Notes under the pieces: model-generated
What the model saw: only the letters and a program-made list of their open reading frames with translations
What the model was told of the DNA's origin: nothing
The model's database searches: none
In this document: piece after piece, positions 11,332 through 20,936 of the stretch
How positions within the stretch are numbered: position 1 is the first letter of the stretch
How the letters are laid out: the number at the start of each line of letters is the position of its first letter
Translations under genes and position numbers: made by a program
NCBI GenBank assembly: GCA_024704765.1
Contig: JAKMXF010000090.1
Coordinates: 1 to 28,199 of the forward strand
DNA: 28,199 nucleotides
Source of the DNA: Oopsacas minuta
Taxonomy: Eukaryota > Animalia > Porifera
Direction: 5' to 3'

Positions 11332-12765
11332 TTACAATATCATATCAATAATAAGGCCCTTAACGATATTATCAACAAATGATTCCAATAATTCTGTTGC
11401 ATTATCTCGACAGCACTTAGCTTTTCGGGTATGACCGTGTTCTCTGCACTTTTCGCACACCACTGTCGACCGATATTTCAGTAACACAGGATCGCTTTTA
11501 GATGAGAGTCTGACATATATACCGGCGATATTTCCCTCGAAGAAGTTTTCTTTGCTAGATTTTCCCAATATTCCCTGGTTAATTTGTTGCAGGCTTCGGA
11601 TCCTTCTTCGCTAATGCATTTCAATCCATACCCCAATTCATCTCTCTCATTATTCTTCAGAATGGCCTAGATATTTATGTAAAGTCAGTGTAATGTTCAC
11701 CCAGGGGAAGGATTGAAGAATAAGGAGATAGGTGCCTGCACAAAGGTTGCCCAATTTTTCTGTTTTGATCTTTCTGTCTGAATTTATGATTCTCAGAATG
11801 ACAGATAATTGTGTGTGCAATTTATAAAGTGAGTCCCCATAATCAATCTTAACCAAAGACATTGCGCATTCAATAAACTTGGAATCATTTGAAAAAGCTC
11901 TTCGAGCCACACCACCAGTGGAAGTAGTGCCTCCTTTGGGGTCTGGTTGGTCAATTCTTAGACCTGTTACTTCTTGAACTATGGTTCGCACATCCATCAT
12001 AGAGTCTTTAATTTCTTTTGATGATGGTGACAATGTGAGCTTGTTATAATTCAGGTGGTACACAAGTAAATTAAACCATCTAAAAATGCAGGTATGGGAA
12101 TGTAAGGGAGAAGCAGGTAGAATATCTATTGTTAATAATGGTTGGTGAGTCAGGTTAAATCTTTGATTTGTTGGTAATGAAAAGAAAGCATCAATGTCTT
12201 CCAGTTCTCCAAATAATTGAATTGCGTCTGAAATGTTTCTATTAATGGGATAGCCTTGCAAAATTAAATCACGATCTTTTTAGTTCTTTCTGCTTTGCAG
12301 TACATAGTTGGCAACTCGCACCTCCTGCTCCTGAGAGAATACTTGCCATTTTACCATCAAGTATTGATCCAACAACATCGACAAATATATGTTTATCATC
12401 GGCAAAATAGAAACCTTGGTCCTTAATTTGATCTGTTTCGGGATTGATGATATCTTCCATAAATTGGCGAATATTGCATGATTTTCTGTGGCAGCAAGAA
12501 GTAAATTTGGACGTTGGGAGAATGGAGAATTCGGACACTCGTTTTTCCAAAGTTCCTTTCCACAAGAATTGACAATGTGTACTACTTTGAAGCAAAATAG
12601 GATGAATGATTTGGTAGACGTATTCGTATTTGGTTGATAATATACGGTATTTTGCTTTCCAGATCCATCTAAACCATCAGCAATCTGAAATCGGAGAGGA
12701 AAATCCTCATTTGAAGGAGACGGTAGAGTGGACATAATTCTACAAAATGTATGGTAGACAAATTG

Positions 12766-12841
<76 letters not shown>

Positions 12842-13551
12842 AACTGGGGCTGTAGGAATCGGGTACAGTTAAATGATACTTCGTAGTACTAAATTATTTC
12901 TATGATCGGCCACCCTCTGATATGTAGGAAAGTGAATTTCATTAGATAACAAAAGTTGTCGTAGTAGAGTATACTTCCTCTTGCCAATCTCTAGTAGATC
13001 CAAAAGAAATAATGCCTTGTCCACATCCAATTCTTTGCTTTTGGATGCACGCCTGAAATGACCAGTGAATTATCCCTGCACAATTGATTTAGATACCCTT
13101 GCAACTTCTCGATTGTCTTCTTCATTGCACAACAATTGCAAAGCAAGAGCTGCAATTGTAATTTCAGAAGTTTTTTCGATTACCGAGATGGACCCAATAG
13201 ACTCAAGGACACTAGAGATCCGGGAACGCTGATGTTGCAATGAAAGATTGATAAGTTCTTTCTTTTGGCGCACCGACTTAGTTTTTTGGGGGGCTTGTGA
13301 AGCTATAAATAATTCTGAGCAAATTTCAGAATGTCACCAATCTCTATGCAAAGATTCAAGTGATTTCTTTGAAGTTCTAATCACATCTCGTATTCTACGT
13401 AGAATCAATTCAAGTTTAGCCTGCTTCGCATGGCCTATCTATGGAGATCACTAAGCAGAGTTGTTTGGACGCGATTGCCATTTGCTTTCAGGATTCTCGC
13501 TAAATCGAGAAGGAATTTGGGGGAAGTCATCGGAGCAATTGGTTCAGCCAT
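11332..13551 (-). pseudogene. RAG1-like/Transib transposase, copy 1 (frameshifted)
   Basis: Starts at ATG 13551 (MAEPIAPMTSPKFLLDLARILK). It contains an NBD-like RQKKELINLSLQHQRSRI, catalytic D1 in IADGLDGSG and D2 in SILDGKM. ZnC2 CQLC, SPLHSHTC, GGVARRAF and ZnH2 LHKYLGH follow. The catalytic E lies in SEEGSEACNK, then SDPVL and the tail CEKCREHGHTRKAKCC. Confidence 0.92.
12768..12840. repeat. (CA)36 microsatellite inside the transposase coding region
   Basis: Uninterrupted CA run, 12768-12840. Confidence 0.97.
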
Positions 13552-14240
13552 TGATCACGGATAAATTATCTATGAGAAAATAGAGGTGTATGATTGAAAA
13601 CATAAGTACACGTATATACACACATTTATATGTTTAATTTTGTGCAATAATTTCCAAGAAGAATTAGAATTAGACGGGTATTCAATTACATAGTTACAGA
13701 TATCACTTTAGGAATTTCTATAACAACGATTACAGACGATGTAATGTGACTAAAAATCAAAGTTGCGCACCGTGTCGGGGCCTGTCATCTTCATATAACA
13801 TAGCATAAATTGTAAACAACAACTGGAATTATTTTCGCTTTGACGTTCCTAGACGATCTCTTTTCAGACACTTTCAAAATGTTATGCATGGAAAAATGGG
13901 GTTCATTTTTCACCCTGGGTACAACAATCCTTCACATGAAAGGCACACAGTTTAACATCTGATAGAAATTTGAAATCAGCATACAAAATTGTCTAGAATA
14001 GATGAAACAATAGATCCCTAATATATTCCATAAAGAATCAGAATCAATGTGAAAATCTTTGATATTTTGAATTCTCTGAAATGATAATTTCAGCATCAAA
14101 AAACCCACAAAGTTACGATTCAAATTTACATTACTAATAGGCCCCCAAATGATTAGAAAATTGGAATGGATGCTCTTAGAATGTTTAGAAACACAATGAA
14201 ACCATAAAGGAATGAAAACATTACTATAAAAAATTTCTTA

Positions 14241-14264
14241 ATTCTTTACTACTAAGCTACTGAG
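14241..14264 (-). repeat. Copy 1 5' end signal: heptamer CTCAGTA + 8-bp spacer + GTAAAGAAT
   Basis: The reverse complement of 14241-14264 is CTCAGTA GCTTAGTA GTAAAGAAT, and it abuts the TSD. Confidence 0.85.
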
Positions 14265-14269
14265 GTATA

Positions 14270-14560
14270 TTCGTGATGGAGTTTGTTGTCCAGTGATCCG
14301 AATTTCTATTGATTTCCCTGAAGCGACATCAATAGATGAACTTGCTGGATTGTGGTAACCAGCGATCCCAACTTCTATGGACCTGATAGAATAGGGACAC
14401 CAGAACACTAATAAGAATCTATTATATTCATTGGAACAACAGTGATGCCCATATTGAAGTCCTTGATCATGTGGCAGCCTCAATTTAATTTACATTGACA
14501 AAGTATTGTAACCAATTTTCCCAAATTCAATGGTTACAACAGTTCCTATCGTTCGTGAAA
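14270..14560 (+). pseudogene. Second decayed copy of the VVT-S-DPNF repeat coding remnant
   Basis: Plus-strand pieces LSSDPNFY, VVTSDPNFYG and VTNFPKFNG carry the same motif as 9440-10035, in the opposite orientation. Confidence 0.35.
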
Positions 14561-17500
14561 ATTGAGCTCACTATTGATACCTGCCAGAAAAGTTCATATA
14601 AAGTTCGGTCATCAGTAGGGGTGTATTGGGGGGAAAGGAGGGGGACGCTAACGCCCTTCTTATGGAAATATTTGGATTATTTTTACTAGAATCTTTGTTC
14701 AGATAATTGAGTTCAACATTACAATCGGCATTTTCGGCGAAAGCAAAAAGATATTCACCTTGATTTCACTATTAATATCTACTGACCAGCAACGACAGCT
14801 CTAGGACATATAATCTACTTATAATTGCTCCTACATGGACCCGTTTACATCTTTGGTAGCTATTTGAATAATTCTTATAATAAACAAGTGCCTCATGGGT
14901 TGAATTGGCACCGTCGGCCAGCGAAAAATCTCCACAGAACAGATTAAAAGTTCCCAGACCCGTGGGCCCCCAGTTGAAGAACACTGACTTAGACGCTACA
15001 AATTCTGTGTAGTCTTCTACTGGTAAATCAGAAACAATCATTGACTAATATTTATACCAAATAATTATAAATAATTATTAGAGACTTTAAGAATCGGGTC
15101 AGAATTGAGGATCAGTTTGATACAAAGTCTGTGGATAGTAAATTTTGAAGTAAATAGGTTACTAAATCTCCCCGATGAGAACTTGGCTTTTCTCTATATC
15201 ACGTTCATGTTATCTATGGGATTTTCGAGTTCAAATATTAATGAAATTGTTCATCCCAATATGCATGATGGTTGAAATTTGAATCGCAATAAAAGATCAG
15301 TATTATATTGATTAAAAATGGTTTCCTATAAGTTATAGGAAATTAACCATGAATGATGGATTTCGCATAATATAAATTTTATAGAAACCTTTCCTATCGC
15401 GAATGAAAAAATCCTTGAAAAACATCCATGCATGTATAGCCAATAATTCATGAGAAATTTCAAATCGAACAAAGGAAGGAGTACGTGAAAATAACTTAGA
15501 ACAAGATTAAAGTAAGTATGCGAATCACTTCAATGGATATATAATTTATAAGGGAGGAATTTGTAATAGCATCATGCAAAATGGATAATGCAAACTCATC
15601 ATGGAATAATTCATCAATCCAGTACAAAATTTGAAATCTCAAAGTGTGGCAAAATTTTGGAAATTCTTAGTGTGGATGGCCTCAGGGAGGAAGTCACGCG
15701 ATTACGACTCAAATTCACGTAGGAGCTTCACTATCACCACAGTAGGGCATTTATTAACCCCCGTCGTGGAACGACAATAATCTAAGAAAGTTAACAAATG
15801 TCACTTAAACTAATTCCAAGGAAAGTTTATAGCCATCTGTAGAGCAGCGACTTAGCGAACGAAGCCCGAAAGATTTATCACTTTTGCGTGGACTATGGAT
15901 AATAATTTCATATAATTAGCCAATTAATCTGAATTCGGCACATCAATTACGGAGCATACTGAATCGTAGAGAATGATTTTCTAGCGAGGCCCTGGGTGCA
16001 GCTGATTTATAACCGAAGCTCTCAAATATGGTATAATATGAATGAAAATAATACTCCATAATTATGAATATATCATAGAGCTAACTGTTTATAAGTTTTT
16101 CAGGAGTATTTAAGACAGTTGAGATCAATTTATATTCTGAAGGAAGTAAACACACAGAGTAACAGAAATTTGGAAAGAGTCATAATCGAAAAAGTCGTAT
16201 ATGAGTCCCAGGTTTCTGATATTATCAAGCTGTTTTCGGACTCGAACAGTTTATTGGTCGAATACACGAATAATTTTATCGTGGTGAATGAATTAAGTGG
16301 GCTTAGAAGTCTTACAAATTCACATGACGAGGATCCCAAAATGCAAATCAATTATGAAATATAGAATTTGTTTTCATTAATTTAGTTATATATTCGTTGT
16401 AGAAAATCAAGACAAATTTATTGCAATTTTTGAGAAGAATGAATTCTCAAATCCTGAATTATGATTTGTAATTTATAAGATATAGCAGATATTGTTGAAA
16501 ACGAAACAAAATCTATGATAATCTTTTCGTTGATAATCTTTCTTGCAATTTGATTGCTAAATTTCTCAAAGTAGAGTTCTCCTGCTTGAGTTCTGTTAAC
16601 TCTCGTCGGACTACAGAAAAAAATAATGAATACAAGAGCAGAGTTAGAATAGATAACAACCAAATAGAAAGTTGGGCCACATCTTACATAACTCACGGAG
16701 AAAATTTGGAATATTCAACTTTGCTCTAGCCAAAATTATAGTTCTATCGATTAGTCATAGTATGCCTTCAAGTTCTACATACTGTGCAACCTCAAATACC
16801 TGAACTCGATAGAACCTTTCAAAGCGTCTGGAAAATCAAAAATTCGGTCGAGGTAAATTATACCTAGTGGAATAGGAACTAGGACCAGGGGGGCATATCA
16901 TGATAATTGAGGTTGCAATGTAAAAGTTTTCATATATCGAGAATATTCAAAATTATTGAACCCGTAGGTATTTTAACGCATAGAAAACGCCTCCAAATAA
17001 TAAAAACATGCCCAGATTTAAGTGCAAACCAAAATACACGATTAACAAAGAGACACACAGACCCGAGAAGTATGGTCTTAGGACCAATGGTAATATATAG
17101 TAGTATCTTTTATTTCTAGTGTTGCTCAAAATATTTCTTGTACATATAACCACCAAATGATCCTCAATGCGTAAATCACAAGAACTAATTTACATAGCTA
17201 TCCACATTACATTTTAGAGCGCACTTAAATTGGTTTACAGTACTGCCTCCATCGCAATATACATGTACTCAGTATAATGCCATGCCTCATGCTGAGACTC
17301 CAAATGAACGCTTATACTACGAGTGTTCGATAAGTTCTGATTAGTATCCCCTAAATCTTTTGAAATACAGATTACACACACTCTATTAATGATATAATTT
17401 TCAAAATACTCCCCTTTTTGCAATAAAATATTGTTACGATTGAGCACTCAAAAAAATACATATTCAAGCCTTCAGGATCGCTAAGTTGTAGATACTGGAA

Positions 17501-17756
17501 AATAGCCGTTCCAAGTGCTACACTGTAATTATTCTTAAAAGCCGAGAGGTGATTCTTCAGCATAGGATATGGGTAGAAGTCACAGGGGGCTAAGTGTGAA
17601 ATGGATGGTGGATGTTCCAGCTTAACCATCTCCTTCCGATCTAATTTTGATTTGGCCAGCATGGGCATGTGAGGGCAGACATTTTCATGTTGACTTAGGG
17701 ATAACAACTGTAACTCGGGCTACAGATCGAGGGTCATTTTCGACAGCCTGCGATAC

Positions 17757-17780
17757 TACAGTGGTTTGAATGCAAAGAAT
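17757..17780 (+). repeat. Copy 2 5' end signal: heptamer TACAGTG + 8-bp spacer + GCAAAGAAT
   Basis: Read directly: TACAGTG GTTTGAAT GCAAAGAAT. Confidence 0.82.
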
Positions 17781-18446
17781 AGACAAAAAATATATTTCAT
17801 TTTTAATGGCTTAAACTCGTTCTTGGTTGTTTGAATAATGTTAATTTCAAATTTGAATTTGATCGAATACATATAGCTCTCACAATTTGAATTTGAAGAA
17901 TCAACCAAAAATAGTTCCATTTGTGGTTTCATTGATGCTCATATTAACACCAATTTAAGTTTACTTGATGCCATCACAGAATACTCCGAATCAAATACGT
18001 ATATTTAATTTTCTCAACACAATTCAGCTATGCTAAATTTGATTTTCTCATTTCATCACAGTATCTTCACTACATTTTGATTCAAAGTTGATTTGATTAA
18101 TGGTACTTTAGAGGTACAATATTTTGTAATAGAGAACTTCCAAATGACCGCACAAAAAACACCACTTAAAATTAATTCCAAATGGCATTATAATATCAAG
18201 AAAGACATTAAAATGATACGCCCGAAACAGTGCGTAACATAAAAATTTCAGCGAATTCCATTGTCACCTTTTTGTTGCTATGCAATTTGCATAATGATTA
18301 ATTATGACAAAGTATTTCAATATGCTGAATTTATATACTCGATTGCTGCATTCCAATTACCAATAAATATAATACATAAATACATGATTAATATGACATT
18401 AACAAATTGAACTGCTGATAATCAACCATTTTCTACGCTATTTTCA

Positions 18447-20630
18447 ATGGCCCAAGAACTAACTTTCCCTAACTCTCATCTTGAATTTGCGAAGATTTTG
18501 AAAGACAACAACAACTGTATCTCGACGACACTCAGTTTCTTTGAGCAGAACTCTCAAATGGACTTCGAAGAAAGGAAACAATTGGAAGCAATGGTCCTCC
18601 GAGTATTAAGCAGGATTAGGAAGGCAAAGAAATCGCCTAATTGCTTAGAGGGAGACTGGTGGCATTGTGGTATATCCATAGAACCAGACTTGAAGAGGAA
18701 CCGTATTTAAGATACCGTTGAGCTGTCCTCAGATGATGAAGAAGTCATATCCACGCTCTCTGCAAACCATAGGAAGAGTATTGACAATCTCACGATGCAA
18801 CAACAACGCTCACGACTTTCAAATGTCCTGGAATCTATCAAAGCACTCTCAATCGTTAAGAATACTTCAGAAATCAACTTGCCTTGCAACTACAATCGAA
18901 CCAAGCAAAACAGCGTGAAATAGCTAAAGTTTCAAAATCTGTAGTCTATGACAAGTTTTCGGGTCAATTCGGTAAGATGTTGAAGAAAGAGCTCGATGTT
19001 ACCAAGACAGTGTTCCTTATAGATCTCCTAGAAATTGAGAGGAGGATACACACACAACTCCGACATCACTTGCTATTTAGCGATATTCGTTTTCCGGCAT
19101 ACTATAGGGTAGTAGAAGAAAGAGATAGCATAATTTTACGGTCGGATATCCAGATGTACCCCAATCCTGAAACTCCACTTGGTGTATATATGCCATATGC
19201 CTACCACGTCCGCCATACTTTTTGCAGGCTTATGTCCACGCTACCGCCACCTCCAGCTCAAGATTTTCCCCTGCAACTCCAGATAGTAGACGAACTAGAT
19301 GGCTCTGGAAGTCACACTGTATATAATCAATCAAACACGAATACAGATACTAAGTCGTTTATCATATTCTGTTTATGTTTGTAAAGATAATAAGCAATAG
19401 CGACCGCGAACTCTGGAAAAATAACTCTTCCAATTCTCCTTTTGCTCAACGTCCGATTTTCCTTCTCGCTGCGAAAAAGAAAACGAAGTTAATATCAAGC
19501 GATTTATGGACGATCTAATCAATACTGATACTGATCTGATGAGAAGTGAAGGATTTACTCTTGGCCCTGATCAGCAAGTACGAGTCGACATTGTTCGATC
19601 AATGCTTGATGGGAAAATGGCAGGAATTCTATCTGGGGCAGGTGGGGCAAGTTGTCAATTATGCACAGCAACACATAAGGAACTCAGTGATCGTGAGTTG
19701 ATAATACAGGGATTTCCTATCAACAGGCACTTTACTGATGCAAATCAACTTTTCGGCGAAATGGAAGACAGCCACTCGTTTTTCTTACTTCCTTCAAACC
19801 AACGTTGTAACATAACGCACGAACCAACCTCAATAATAAACATCCTTCCAGCATCTCCGTTACACTCGTACACCTGTATTTTCAGGTGGTTCAATCTACT
19901 AATTTATCATTTGAATTGTGGAAAACGTACATGGTCACCAACATCTTTGGCAATAAAAAATTCTCTGATATTTGTCAGAAATCTGATTGAAGGAAACAGG
20001 AATGAGGATAGGTCAGCCAAATGCAAGTGGAAATACTAGCTCTATTGGTAGTGTAGCTCGTCGAGCATTTTCCTGTGATTCGAAATACATTGAGTGTGTA
20101 TTGTCAGTTGTTGAAACAGAACACAAAGAAACACTTTCAAAACTACATACACACTTGTCAGCTATTCTTCGAATAATCAATTCAGACAGGGTCATTAACA
20201 CCGAGGTCTTTGGTGATCTATGCACCGATACATATCTCTTGAACGTTGATTCATTACCTTGGTTGAGCATTACCCAACATCACACAGGGCATTAGCTCAC
20301 TCAGAAGAAATTTTGAAATAGTTCAACCTTGGGCGAGATCTGAAAAGTTTCTCTGAAGAGTAATCCGAGGCATGCAACAAGTTGCTAAGAAAGTATAGGG
20401 AGAATCTTGCGAGGAAGTCTTCATTTGAAGATAATGCAATAGACATTTTCGTGAGACTGGCCTCTGGAACTGACCCTGTATTGAATCAATTTCGTTCAAG
20501 TTTAGTTTGTGTAAGGTGTGGGGAACACGGCCACACAAAAAGAGCAAAGTGTTGGAGGGATAATACCGAAAATAGATTACTAGCTTCTTCCATAGACGAA
20601 ATTGTTGATTCATTTATAATTAATTCATAA
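18447..20630 (+). pseudogene. RAG1-like/Transib transposase, copy 2 (frameshifted)
   Basis: Starts MAQELTFPNSHLEFAKILK, with an NBD-like HRKSIDNLTMQQQRSRLSNVLESI. The core has IVDELDGSG (D1), SMLDGKM (D2), CQLC, SPLHSYTC, GSVARRAF, HRALAHSEE and SEE*SEACNK (E). It ends with TDPVL and the tail CVRCGEHGHTKRAKC. Confidence 0.92.
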
Positions 20631-20903
20631 ATTCATTAAAATGTTAAATCTATATCACTCTTATTCAAATACTATACATGTTAATAGTATATATACAGGG
20701 TAGGAGATTATTCTTATGAAGTGTAATTTTCAATGAGTTTTATTAAATAATTTTAAAATGTGACGTCATCATAATATGTGATGACGTCATATCCAGAAAT
20801 CTAGAAGCCATAGAAGAAATTTGATTACCCATTCGATTCCTCGGATACGATAGCCTATTCGCAAATAATACACTGAATATGGCTATCTGGTACTAGAATA
20901 CCT

Positions 20904-20936
20904 ATTCTTTACAAACTCCCATTTTAAACCACTGTG
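20904..20936 (-). repeat. Copy 2 3' end signal: canonical heptamer CACAGTG + 17-bp spacer + GTAAAGAAT
   Basis: The reverse complement of 20904-20936 is CACAGTG GTTTAAAATGGGAGTTT GTAAAGAAT. Confidence 0.9.

Larger units (their letters stand above)
10833..14264 (-). mobile_element. RAG1-like/Transib transposon copy 1, full length (3432 bp), 5-bp TSD GTATA
   Basis: The left end reads CACAGTACCTTAAAATGG from 10833 and the right end reads CTCAGTAGCTTAGTAG in reverse complement from 14264. GTATA flanks both ends (10828-32, 14265-69). A RAG1/Transib-type transposase pseudogene lies inside. Confidence 0.93.
17757..20936 (+). mobile_element. RAG1-like/Transib transposon copy 2 (3180 bp), TSD not preserved
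   Basis: The 5' end reads TACAGTGGTTTGAATGCAAAGAAT and the 3' end in reverse complement reads CACAGTGGTTTAAAATGGGAGTTTGTAAAGAAT. The 3' ~110 bp aligns with the copy 1 3' end. The flanks GATAC and CTTAT do not match. Confidence 0.88.

Noticed and set aside
12280-12843. ORF starting with poly-(VC) as a novel Cys-rich protein
   Set aside because: The VC run is the translated (CA)n microsatellite within a transposase fragment.
14238-14483. Minus-strand ORF with kelch-like wording (QYGHHCC...FLLVF, ITGQQTPSR) as a possible RAG2L
   Set aside because: It lies almost entirely outside the TIR/TSD-defined element and lacks the kelch GG doublet. The opposite strand carries the VVTSDPNF repeat, so the ORF is probably antisense noise.
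14772-15041. 89-aa ORF with an FN3-like SVFFNWGP segment
   Set aside because: A single weak motif with no supporting exons or further FN3 signature.
16119-16696. Short ORFs of 73-92 aa between the two RAG1-like elements
   Set aside because: No kelch, PHD or other identifiable motif; consistent with chance ORFs or unrecognisable remnants.
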